The notes: a model not told the origin generated them from the sequence alone. Counted from the stretch's first letter, positions 47,843 through 57,846 are shown. The stretch: 64,000 bases of DNA from Methyloligellaceae bacterium (GCA_050633205.1 JBOEGA010000026.1:1412-65411), one strand, 5' to 3'. A program made the numbers and translations.

Positions 47843-48829
47843 TTGAAAACACGTAGATTTGGAAAAACAGACTGGCAGGTTTCTGAAATTGGATTTGGAG
47901 CCTGGGCTATTGGCGGAGCATGGGGAGACGTCAGTGAGAAGGATGCTGAGGCTGCACTCAATGCAGCTTTGGACAGTGGTGTAAATCTCGTAGATACTGC
48001 CGATGTATATGGAGATGGCAGAAGTGAGACTATTATTTCGAATGTCCTGAAGTCCAGGAAGCAGGATAATATCAAGGTACTGACTAAACTTGGCAGGGGG
48101 TTATCACCACATATAGCCAGCGGTTTTAATAAGGCAAATCTGGAAGGTTTTATCAATCGTAGTCTGAAAAAACTGGATGTTGATAAAATTGATCTGATAC
48201 AACTTCATTGCCCACCAACTGAAGTGTATTATATGCCGGAAGTTTTTGACTTTATGGATGATTTCGTCAAAGCTGGTAAAATCTGTCACTACGGGGTTAG
48301 TGTTGAAAAAGTTGAAGAAGCATTGAAAGCGATAGAGTATCCTTCAGTTGTATCTGTTCAATTGATCTTTAATATATTGCGACAACGGCCAGCAGAATTA
48401 TTGTTTGAGTTGGCAAAAAAGAAAGATATTGCGCTTTTGGCCAGGGTACCGCTAGCAAGCGGACTATTAAGCGGAAAGTTTGATAGGAACTCTACTTTTG
48501 CCGATGATGACCACCGTAAATTTAACCGATATGGGGAAGCTTTTGATGTAGGAGAAACATTTGCAGGTATTCCGTTCGAGGTTGGGTTGGAAGTTATTGA
48601 AGAGCTCAGAAAAATTATTCCTGATCAAATCCCTATGTCTCAATATGCCCTGAAATGGATACTGATGCATGATGCAGTCAGTTGCGTAATACCCGGGGCA
48701 AAAAATGAAGAACAGGCTACCGGTAACTCTTTGGCGCAGGACTTACCTGCTCTGGATGGGGCGCAAATGCAGGCAATCAAAAAACTGTATGAAAGCAAGG
48801 TAAAGCCATTGGTTCATTATAAGTGGTAA
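47843..48829 (+). CDS. aldo/keto reductase family oxidoreductase
   Basis: The product has GKTDWQVSEIGFGAWAIGGAWG, VNLVDTADVYGDGRSE and IDLIQLHCP. The start is TTG. Confidence 0.8.
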   Translation: MKTRRFGKTDWQVSEIGFGAWAIGGAWGDVSEKDAEAALNAALDSGVNLVDTADVYGDGRSETIISNVLKSRKQDNIKVLTKLGRGLSPHIASGFNKANLEGFINRSLKKLDVDKIDLIQLHCPPTEVYYMPEVFDFMDDFVKAGKICHYGVSVEKVEEALKAIEYPSVVSVQLIFNILRQRPAELLFELAKKKDIALLARVPLASGLLSGKFDRNSTFADDDHRKFNRYGEAFDVGETFAGIPFEVGLEVIEELRKIIPDQIPMSQYALKWILMHDAVSCVIPGAKNEEQATGNSLAQDLPALDGAQMQAIKKLYESKVKPLVHYKW

Positions 48830-48896
48830 AGAAACAAAAAAGGGCCTGCCATATTGGCCTGGCCCTTATAATGTTTATTGTCATGAAGTAAATGAA

Positions 48897-49229
48897 CTAG
48901 TAACGCAATCTGTCCAGAAGGTCATTCAATAGTCCTGTAGAAAGGCTATCCTGCTGTCCTTCCCAGAAATCCAGGTATTCTTTTTGCAGTGTGTAAACAC
49001 AACTGTAACCGCAATAAGTCCAACCTCTATCCGGTACCAGAACCTGATCTCCCAGTCGACCATGACGTACAGGAGCTTTGATACGCTTATGTGCATTGTA
49101 CTGACTTTCAGCGTAGACATATCGGTATGCGTCAGGGTGTTTATATTTATGTTTCCCTTTTGCAACAGCCGGTAGAGTACTGGCAAGTATCAGGCCTATT
49201 ACAGCTGCCAATCTGAATAATTTTTGCAT
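48897..49229 (-). CDS. small secreted basic protein, unknown function
   Basis: It is 110 aa with a clear signal peptide (LILASTLPAVA|KGKHKYKH). I recognise no motif. It is convergent with the AKR gene, and an imperfect GC-rich hairpin (~48839-48868) lies between them. Confidence 0.5.
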   Translation of the reverse strand: MQKLFRLAAVIGLILASTLPAVAKGKHKYKHPDAYRYVYAESQYNAHKRIKAPVRHGRLGDQVLVPDRGWTYCGYSCVYTLQKEYLDFWEGQQDSLSTGLLNDLLDRLRY

Positions 49230-49366
49230 TTGATCTCCGATTATTTATATGAATTGCCTTGTTTTTTGCTAACTTAATCCGGCAATACTGATTGCGATAG
49301 ACGTAAAGGCTAACTTTGACACTAATGAGATAAATCTGACAGGTTTGAAATACAAGAAGATAAGCT

Positions 49367-50080
49367 ATGGAATGGACAGAACAGGTTTTCAGGTATTGTG
49401 AACGGGGCACTAATCCGGAGTTTTGGGGGGAGCCTTTAAATGCGTTGTCAAATCTGGCTTTTATCGCAGGAGCACTAGCAGCCTTGCTTATTGCAAGGAA
49501 ACAGCCATCTGGTGCTATAGACCGTTATCACTACATACTAATCGGACTGGTTCTGTTGATTGGTATCGGGAGTGGTCTTTTTCATACTTTTGCTACACGC
49601 TGGAGCGGTGTTGCTGATGCGCTGCCTATTGCAGTTTTTATATTTGTTTATCTCGGATTTGCGCTTGGACGGTTGCTCGGGTTTGGACTTAAGGGTGTAT
49701 TTACCGGGATAGGTATATTTATTCTTTTAAACAGTTTGCCTGGTCTTATCCGTTGTGAAGGTGGTCCATGTCTGAATGGAACAACAGGCTATTTTCCTGC
49801 TCTGTTTGCAATGCTGTTTCTTGGAGGAATTGCCAGATATCTCGGAAAACCATCTTCGACAAGTCTGTTAGTTGCGGGATGTGTTTTTGCTGTATCAGCG
49901 GCCTTCAGAACATTTGATTTTACATTATGCGAGTATACCGAGGTTGCCGGACAGGAGTTGGGTACGCATTTTATATGGCATCTGCTTAATGCATTAACTT
50001 TATTCCTGTTGCTCAGAACTGCAGTTCTTTATGGGCATTCTAAAAAGAATCAGCCAGTGACCAGGCGTGAATTGGAGTAA
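49367..50080 (+). CDS. ceramidase-like (alkaline ceramidase/PAQR-type) integral membrane hydrolase family protein
   Basis: The N-terminus reads YCERGTNPEFWGEPLNALSNLAFI. This resembles the 'CE....(F/Y)W.EP.N..SN' start of alkaline-ceramidase-family proteins. About 7 TM segments follow, with His residues at LFHTF and FIWH. Confidence 0.55.
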   Translation: MEWTEQVFRYCERGTNPEFWGEPLNALSNLAFIAGALAALLIARKQPSGAIDRYHYILIGLVLLIGIGSGLFHTFATRWSGVADALPIAVFIFVYLGFALGRLLGFGLKGVFTGIGIFILLNSLPGLIRCEGGPCLNGTTGYFPALFAMLFLGGIARYLGKPSSTSLLVAGCVFAVSAAFRTFDFTLCEYTEVAGQELGTHFIWHLLNALTLFLLLRTAVLYGHSKKNQPVTRRELE

Positions 50081-50130
50081 ATGCCTCGATCTCTACTCAG
50101 GATTATTTCTTATTGATAAGGAATAAGCAG

Positions 50131-50601
50131 TTACAGGAACTGCTCCCTGATGGACTGCATTGCAACATAGGTTGAGGTGCTGGATACGTGAGGCAGTTTT
50201 GAAATTTCTTCTCCAAGAACCGTTCTATAGGCCCGAATATCTGAGGTGCGGACCTTTAGCAGGTAATCAAAGGGCCCGGCTATCATATGGCACTGTTCTA
50301 CTTCCTGGATGCCCTGTACAGCATCATTAAACGCTTTTAGGGCTTTTTCAGTGGTATCGGAGAGTTTGACTTCAGTGAATGCAATATGTTCACGCCCAAG
50401 TTTCTGCATATTGAGGACTGCCTGAAAGCCTAAAATATATCCGTCTTTCTGTAAGCGCCTTAACCGGACCTGACACGGGCTTTTGGAAAGACCAATTTGT
50501 TTTGCTAATTCAGTCACAGGGAGCCGGCCTTCTTTTGTCAGGATCCTAAGTATTTGAGTATCATATCGGTCTAATTGGCTTTCTTCATTCATTTTAACCA
50601 T
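50131..50601 (-). CDS. putR: Lrp/AsnC-family transcriptional regulator, divergent from putA (PutR-like)
   Basis: LDRYDTQILRILTKEGRLPVTELAKQIGLSKSPCQVRLRRLQKDGYI is the AsnC-type HTH. A RAM-like C-terminus follows. The divergent arrangement with putA is typical. Confidence 0.75.
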   Translation of the reverse strand: MVKMNEESQLDRYDTQILRILTKEGRLPVTELAKQIGLSKSPCQVRLRRLQKDGYILGFQAVLNMQKLGREHIAFTEVKLSDTTEKALKAFNDAVQGIQEVEQCHMIAGPFDYLLKVRTSDIRAYRTVLGEEISKLPHVSSTSTYVAMQSIREQFL

Positions 50602-50704
50602 CCTTTTTCCTGAAAAATTACATAATAAAAATTAATATATCTACTAATAATAAAACTACAGGAAATATAACTTTTTAATCAATGATAGTATTTTTATCAG
50701 TTAA

Positions 50705-53700
50705 TTGCTTGAAATGATTAGAAAGTTTTCTCTTATGAAGATGCTTCAGTCTATCCGTCTGAGTATACGGAGCACACTTGAAAAGGACGAAAAAACAGTC
50801 CTGAAGGAGCTTGAGGCGCATAATCCTGTACCGGCGGATATTCGGAAAAGAATATCGAGCAGAGCTGCTCAACTTGTATGTGACATTCGGGATGATGATA
50901 AACCCGGGCTTATGGAAGAGTTCTTGTCCGAATATGGTCTATCAACCAATGAAGGTATTGCATTGATGTGTCTGGCAGAGGCTCTTCTCAGGGTTCCGGA
51001 TGCTACAACGATCTCTGATCTAATTGAAGATAAAATTGCCCCATCATCCTGGAATGCCCATCTGGGAAAGTCGAGCTCCTCTCTGGTAAATGCATCCTCC
51101 TGGGCACTGATGCTTACAGGTAAAGTATTGGATAATGAGCGTTCAGCCGGAATGGCTGGAATTTTACATGGCATAGTCAAAAAGCTTGGGGAGCCGGTAA
51201 TCCGTACCGCAGTCAGGCATGTTATTAAAGAGATGGGCAAGCAGTTTGTACTTGGTGAAAGTATAGAAAGTGCAATATCGCGGGCTCATTGCAAGGAACA
51301 AAAGGGCTATACCTACTCTTATGATATGCTGGGGGAAGCAGCTCTTACCTCTCAGGATGCTGATGACTTTTTCGATGCTTATATGCAGGCAATCAGCAAA
51401 ATAGATCTCTCAGCAACATCGTCTGACATACATACCCGACCGGGGATTTCTATCAAGCTTTCAGCCCTTTACCCCAGATATGAAGTCGGCAAAAAAGATA
51501 CTGCTATTGATGAGCTGGTGAAAAGGGCTCTTGAGCTCGCTCTGTGTGCAAAAGATGCAAATATTGGCTTGAATATTGATGCAGAGGAGTCAGATAGACT
51601 GGATCTGTCTCTGGATATTATTGAAAGGCTGATCAGGGACAAGGCTCTTGCTGGCTGGGACGGACTTGGCATTGTTGTTCAGGCTTATGGAAAAAGGGCC
51701 AGTCTGGTTATTGACTGGTTGTATGAACTGGCAAAAGTTCATGATCGGAAAATTATGGTGCGCCTGGTTAAAGGGGCATACTGGGATACTGAAATCAAGA
51801 AAGCTCAGGTTGAAGGGCTTGACTATTTTCCTGTATTTATCAGTAAGATTGCAACGGACAGGTCATATATAGTCTGTGCGCAAAAGCTGTTCTCTATGAG
51901 CAAGCGCATTTACCCTCAGTTTGCAACACATAATGCACATACTGCAGCAGCGATCCTTGAGCTTGCTGGTTCGGAAAAAGATTTTGAATTCCAGCGCCTG
52001 CATGGCATGGGAGATATTCTTCATAAAATAGTAAGGGAGCGTATTGGGCAACGTTGCAGGATTTATGCACCTGTTGGTGAGCACCGTGATCTTCTTGCAT
52101 ATCTGGTAAGGCGCCTGCTGGAAAATGGTGTAAACTCTTCATTTGTGAACCAAATTGTAGATCCGAATGTGTCTGTCGAGGAGGTTATACAGGATCCTTT
52201 TTGCATGGAGCCTGTTGTTGACCATTCCGGTGTGACGCATCCCACCAGATTGTTTCATCCGGAGCGAAAAAACTCAACAGGATGGGACCTGAATAACGAT
52301 ATTACACTTGAGCGGATTGATTGAGCAAGATGTCAGTACAGAAATGCGAGATGGAAAGTATATCCTCTAGTTGGGGGAGAGACTAAAACAGGAGATGCCT
52401 ATTTATCGGTCAACCCTGCCAACAATAATCAGTTTGTAGCTGAAATATGTGATACGACACCAGAAGAGCTTGATCTTGCGTTAAATGTTGCGCAGGACTG
52501 GTCAGGTACATTGCCAGAGAAACGTGCTGCAATTCTTCAGAAGGCGGCAGATTTATTCGAAGAAAATGCGGGTTTATTATTTGCTACTCTAGCCAGAGAA
52601 GCAGGTAAAACTTTAAAGGATGCGGTCGCAGAAATTCGTGAAGCAGTCGATTTTCTTCGTTATTATGCAATAGAGCTGGAGAAACTTGATAATGCCAAAG
52701 AATGCGGTATCTTTGCCTGCATTTCACCATGGAACTTTCCTATTGCAATTTTTACAGGGCAGGTTGCAGCAGCCCTTGTTGCTGGAAATGGTGTTATAGC
52801 CAAGCCTGCAGAGCAAAGCCCGGTTAATGCTTTTCTGGCAGTCCAGCTTTTACATAAGGCTGGCGTACCTCGGGAGGTATTACAATTGCTACCGGGAAGC
52901 GGAGCTGTGGTCGGAGCACGGCTTATACGTGATAAACGTATTAAGGGAGTGTGTTTTACGGGGTCGACAGATACTGCACAAGCAATAAATCAATCAATGG
53001 CTGAACATCTGGATCCTTCGGCACCTCTTATTGCTGAAACAGGTGGATTGAATGCAATGATTGTTGATTCAACTGCACTGCCTGAGCAAGCTGTACGGGA
53101 TGTGATTTCATCGGCATTTCAATCAGCAGGGCAACGTTGTTCAGCATTACGTGTTTTATATATTCAGGAAGATGTTGCAGCCGCATTTCTTGCCAAGTTG
53201 TATGGAGCTATGGATGAACTGACTATTGGTGATCCGTGGGAGCTGTCTACAGATATCGGACCTGTTATCGATAATATTGCATGTGAGAATATTCGTAAAC
53301 ATATCGCTGTGGCATGGGATGAAGGACGAATTCTGAAGCAACTCAGTGTCCCAGGGAATGGTAATTTTATTGGGCCAACTGTTATCAGAGTGCAAGGTAT
53401 TGCTGACCTTAAACGGGAAATTTTTGGGCCTGTACTTCATATAGCTACATTTGCCCCCCGCGATATTGAAAATATTATTCAGGATATTAACAACAGTGGA
53501 TATGGTCTCACATTTGGCTTGCATACCAGAATTGACGACCGGGTTGAAAAATTTACCTCTTCCCTGAAGATCGGCAATATTTATGTAAACCGCAATCAGA
53601 TTGGAGCTATTGTTGGATCACAACCTTTCGGTGGTGAGGGGCTTTCCGGAACAGGTCCAAAAGCTGGTGGGCCAAAATATCTCAAACGTTTTGTCAGAGA

Positions 53701-54220
53701 AGACAATACTGAAGCTGTCAACTTTATAGATAATCAGAAAATATCGGAAGCTCTTATTCAGAAATATCTGGATAGTATAGCTGTAACCAATATGGATTGT
53801 CTTGGCACGCTGGATCTGCCTGGACCTACGGGAGAGTCTAACCGTCTGTTTTTCTATCCAAGAGGTACAATACTCTGCCTTGGCCCTTCTGTTAAAGATG
53901 TAAATAAACAGCAGGAGGTTGTTCATTCAATGGGTTGTCGGTCTATCGGGGTAACAACAGGAGCATTTGGAGAGCATATGTTTGATGGTTTTCTAGAGAG
54001 AAGTTCATTGACAAATCTCGAAAGTTTTTCCGGGGTTGTTGCATGGAGTACTTCTGAAGACTTGCGTGCTATCAGGGTGGCATTGTCAAAAAGATCCGGG
54101 CCTATAATTCCTCTTATTACTGAACGAAATTTTGAACATCGCTGCATACTTGAACGTCATGTATGTGTTGATACAACCGCATCCGGAGGTAACGTTTCGT
54201 TACTTTCATCGACTAAGTAG
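50705..54220 (+). pseudogene. putA: bifunctional proline dehydrogenase / P5C dehydrogenase PutA, interrupted by one in-frame TGA (52322-52324)
   Basis: ORFs 50705-52324 (PRODH half: RLHGMGD, LVRRLLENGVNSSF) and 52511-54220 (ALDH half: SPWNFP, ETGGLNAMIVD, GQRCSALR) are in the same frame. The 62 codons between them have no stop. They encode conserved P5CDH N-terminal sequence (W.V.PLVGGE...VNPANNNQFVAEICDTTPEELDLAL). Confidence 0.85.
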
Positions 54221-54269
54221 TCTTTTCAATATAAAAAATTAGAAATGTGTCAAGTATATTTTGAAACAC

Positions 54270-54790
54270 GAGGAAGATTGTATTTGTTGCTATTGGCCTA
54301 ACTATAGCAATAACAGGTTTTGCAGTTAAGGGAGTTGCTGCAGCAGATCTGAAAATGGCCAGCCCCTGGAGTGGAGGGCCATGACTCGAGCGGGATGCAA
54401 AAGGTTTCGCAAAGCGCGCTAGGGAATTAACTGACAACCTTGTTAATATCACAGTATTTCTAGGTGGAACACTATATAGCCCTCTGAAAGTTACTAAAGC
54501 AGTCAGGAAATGTGTTGTACTGGCCGGGCATAATTATATGCCTTATGACAGGGGTATTGATAAAACGACTGTTCTATTTGGTGTTACCTCTTTCCCTTGT
54601 GCTGTACTGGGAACCGAGATTTTTTTTCATTCAAAGAAGAAAGTTGTGACACTGGACGAATTTAAGGGGTGAAGATCCGTACTTTCGGAGCCTGGGCGGA
54701 GGTTTATGGTTCACTGGAAATAGGCGCGATTGATGCTACCGAGTGCGGTAGCTCGGAGAGAGTTCTAGGGGCTGTTAATTGCTGACCTGC
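54270..54790 (+). pseudogene. degraded TRAP-type (DctP-like) substrate-binding protein gene
   Basis: Translation gives ...AADLKMASPWSGGP*LERDAKGFAKRARELTDNLVNITVFLGGTLYSPLKVTKAVRKCVVLAGHNYMPYDRGIDKTTVLFG... It then continues only after a frameshift (LKGVKIRTFGAWAEVYGSLEIGAIDATECG). There is an internal TGA and a frameshift, and the gene is truncated at roughly half length. Confidence 0.55.
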
Positions 54791-55301
54791 TACCCTTATT
54801 CAATGTTGTAACAAGGCTGGCAGTATGGCAGTGCAAGGAGACATGATCGTGCGTGCGTAGTTCATGAAAATACGTACGTATTTGCGCAAGGTACTACGTA
54901 GTTTATATTATTACTTATGCATCATGTGGGTGGAGCAGGCCACATATATAAGCAAAATAGAAAAACACAAAAATAACATATACTAACCGAAATATGCAGG
55001 TTTCAGGTGATATTATAATTAAAAATATCCATTGCAACAATAATTGATGAGAACTTTTTGATTCTAATTTATCCATTTTTCCCGGATTTTGGCGGGGTTG
55101 ATATTCGTTGGTTGGTTTTTTTTAATATATGAAAAAAAAACGCCTAAAAAGAACATAATCAAATAAAAAAATATAAGCTGTTAATCGGGGTAACCTCTTG
55201 ATTAACAGAGCTAATTAAATTTGTGTGTAAAGCTGCTTTTTTAATGTGAGAACCGCAGAAAAGCTGGCTTTTTTGAAAAAAAATAATACGGGATAATTGT
55301 A

Positions 55302-57827
55302 ATGACAGGCATATCTAATATATCACCCGATGCAAGACTAAGTATTACTGACATGGTATTTGATGGTTCGTTGCCTTCGGTTGTTATTCAGGGGCATAAA
55401 GCATCTTATGAGCTTTCTTCCGGTACAGTTGAAATGCTGGTAACACCGGATAGTATCAAAAATGGCTATCAAACATTGTTCTCAAAAGATTCTTCAGGTT
55501 TCGATAATGGTGGCCATCTTATGTTTACTATGGATGGGAGCGCTCTTACTATACGCCTGCAGGGCACTGAAGATCAGGTTACTTTGAATGCGCAAAATGT
55601 TTTTACAGCAGGAGGGCAGACCCATATTGCCCTTACTTTTGGTGAGGACGGCCTTCACGTTTATGCAAACGGTATTGAGGTTGCTTCAGATGGAACATGG
55701 ACGCAAGGAATTGAAAATAATAAAGAGCCCATCGTTCTTGGTGGGAACCAGTATCAAAGTGGAGACCTGGTAGCAGATAATATTCAGCACGTTTTTGATG
55801 GCACGATACACAGAGCAACCCTTATTGAAGGACAGCTTACATCTGCACAAATTGAGAGTATTGCAGATGGTATGGCAGAGGGTGGACCAGTAGATCAGGG
55901 AAATGATATTCCCGTTGTTATAGAGAACCCTGTTGATACACCGGTTATCAACGATGGAGATGTAGCAGTTACTTCCATTCGTGGCAGTTTTGAGAATGGC
56001 AGCACGATTGTAATTGAGGGTGTTAACTTCGGTGATCTGGGGCCAAATGTTATTGTCTATGACAGCTTCGACAGCAATGTTGATAAAGAAGGCAATTCAG
56101 GTTCCTGGGTTACAGCTACCAAAGAACATTCAACCATTGACGGATACAGCGGAACAGGTGCTGTTGTCGCAAATGAAGATACGAGCCTGGTTGCAGGAGT
56201 AAAGGATGCTGATGGTGCATTGGGTCTTGAACAGTTTACTGAAGTCTTTATGGGGGTTGCTATCAAGGATACTAATGGGCGTCTTCCATCGGCGGAAGCA
56301 CCTGGTGAGTATCCGACAGTGTCTTCATCAAAAGATATGTGGTTAATGATGGGGCACCGGGGAGACAATGCCAGATATTCAGCAGAACGGGGAACACCAA
56401 ACGGCCATGATGTTTACCTTCCTGCGCACGCTGGTAACGGAAATTTTATAATTGCCGGCAATAACACCAAATCCAGCTGGTGGCTGGGGCAGGACTGGGA
56501 TTATGATGGCTGGAACCATCAGACTTTCTATGCGAAGCTTGATGAAAATGACCCATATGGAAATGTAGAGCAGGCCTATTTTCAGGCAGTCAATGAAAAC
56601 GGGGTCAATACTTCCAATTACAGCGGTACATTGATGACAGCACTTGATGATGTGCCAGCTACATGGGACCGATTGAAATTTGGTGCATGGTATCGTGAGG
56701 ATAATGGCCAGAGACTTATGGATGATGCCTATGTTGCAACTGGCGAGGGCGCTCAGGCACGTATAGTTGTTACAAATAATGCCGTCTATGAGAAATCAAC
56801 CTCGATTGCCTATCTGGTGCCAACAGAGTGGAGCGATGGTAGCGTTACAGCCACTTTCTATGGAGCTCCGATGGACCTGAATGAGGCCTATATCCATGTA
56901 TTTGATGCCGAAGGAAACAGGTCTGAGACTGGTGTTAAAGTCTCCGCAACAGAACCGGTAACGCCGGATGCACCAGTTGATATACTGGATAATGTGCAGG
57001 ATATAGCTGACGATGACGTTGATGATCAGGAGCGTAATACCCCTACTGAGGAAGGTAATAAGGTTCTGAATCTGGATCCGTCTGTTTTTGATGGTACACT
57101 GAAATCTGCCATTATTCTTGATCATGACAGTGCATTTGAGCTATCAGCTGGGACGCTTGAGATGGAGATCACTCCGGACCGGATTGCATCTGGTTACCAG
57201 ACATTATTTTCCAAGGATTCCGGCGGTTATGATGATGGTGGGCATTTGATGGTCTCCATGGATGGCAGCTCGCTTCTTATTCGCCTGCAGGGGCAGGACA
57301 ATGAAGCAAGGGTCACCGTTCCTGAGGTCTTTGAGGCTGGAGAGTCGGTTAACCTTGTCATTACATTCGGAGAGAGTGGTTTGCATGTTTATGCTGATGG
57401 TGAGGAAATAGCCTCTGAGCCATCATGGATACAAGGTATTGAGAATAATCAGGAACCTATTGTTATTGGAGCAAACCAGTATAAGAGTGGCGACCTTGTT
57501 GCAGACAATCTAATGCATTTCTTTGATGGCAAAATTGCTAATATTTCACTTTCTGAAGGGCAAAAGAGCGCCGGCCAGATTGCCGGGCATAAAGAGGTAA
57601 GTGTACAGAACCTTCTCGCTGCTACAGACAATTTTGCATATGATATTAATGATGTTGTTATGGAAATTGCTGATGATACAGGGGGCGTAATAGAATCTTC
57701 TATTCAGCTTCTTCATAATAGTTCAGATGTTTCAATGACCTATTATCAGCAGGAAACTATAGAGGTCAGTTCGATGGATGATATGGCGCAGGGTACACTA
57801 TTGAATGATGATATCTTTACTGGGTAG
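55302..57827 (+). CDS. 841-aa protein with two LamG/concanavalin-A-like lectin domains flanking a beta-rich central region; no signal peptide
   Basis: It has an internal duplication (see the repeat features). The motifs GYQTLFSKDS.G.D.GGHLM..MDGS.L.IRLQG and GLHVYA.G.E.AS....W.QGIENN.EPIV.G.NQY.SGDLVADN....FDG are typical of Laminin_G_3-type domains. The N-terminus MTGISNISPDARLSITD has no hydrophobic core. Confidence 0.7.
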   Translation: MTGISNISPDARLSITDMVFDGSLPSVVIQGHKASYELSSGTVEMLVTPDSIKNGYQTLFSKDSSGFDNGGHLMFTMDGSALTIRLQGTEDQVTLNAQNVFTAGGQTHIALTFGEDGLHVYANGIEVASDGTWTQGIENNKEPIVLGGNQYQSGDLVADNIQHVFDGTIHRATLIEGQLTSAQIESIADGMAEGGPVDQGNDIPVVIENPVDTPVINDGDVAVTSIRGSFENGSTIVIEGVNFGDLGPNVIVYDSFDSNVDKEGNSGSWVTATKEHSTIDGYSGTGAVVANEDTSLVAGVKDADGALGLEQFTEVFMGVAIKDTNGRLPSAEAPGEYPTVSSSKDMWLMMGHRGDNARYSAERGTPNGHDVYLPAHAGNGNFIIAGNNTKSSWWLGQDWDYDGWNHQTFYAKLDENDPYGNVEQAYFQAVNENGVNTSNYSGTLMTALDDVPATWDRLKFGAWYREDNGQRLMDDAYVATGEGAQARIVVTNNAVYEKSTSIAYLVPTEWSDGSVTATFYGAPMDLNEAYIHVFDAEGNRSETGVKVSATEPVTPDAPVDILDNVQDIADDDVDDQERNTPTEEGNKVLNLDPSVFDGTLKSAIILDHDSAFELSAGTLEMEITPDRIASGYQTLFSKDSGGYDDGGHLMVSMDGSSLLIRLQGQDNEARVTVPEVFEAGESVNLVITFGESGLHVYADGEEIASEPSWIQGIENNQEPIVIGANQYKSGDLVADNLMHFFDGKIANISLSEGQKSAGQIAGHKEVSVQNLLAATDNFAYDINDVVMEIADDTGGVIESSIQLLHNSSDVSMTYYQQETIEVSSMDDMAQGTLLNDDIFTG
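55350..55871 (+). repeat. LamG-like domain copy 1 (intragenic duplication)
   Basis: Residues 17-190 align colinearly with residues ~592-763 of the same protein, at roughly 55-60% identity by eye. Confidence 0.75.
57075..57590 (+). repeat. LamG-like domain copy 2 (intragenic duplication)
   Basis: DPSVFDGTLKSAIILDHDSAFELSAGTLEMEITPDRIASGYQTLFSKDSGGYDDGGHLM... parallels copy 1 position by position. Confidence 0.75.
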
Positions 57828-57846
57828 GGATATAAAAAATAAGACT

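Noticed and set aside
52322-52324. The putA in-frame TGA could be a selenocysteine codon or evidence of genetic code 4 (TGA = Trp).
   Set aside because: I see no SECIS-like hairpin immediately downstream, and PutA is not a selenoprotein family. Several well-defined genes in the window end at TGA with coupled downstream starts, so TGA is a normal stop here.
54213-54452. A 79-aa minus-strand ORF lies after putA.
   Set aside because: It lies antisense to the recognisable TRAP binding-protein remnant and has no motif. I consider it an artefact.
55200-55301. I looked for hrp-box (GGAACC-N15/16-CCACNNA), tts-box or PIP-box promoter elements upstream of the LamG gene.
   Set aside because: I found only fragments (gAGAACC, two AAAGCT words). 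None has the second half-site at the right spacing, so there is no convincing match.
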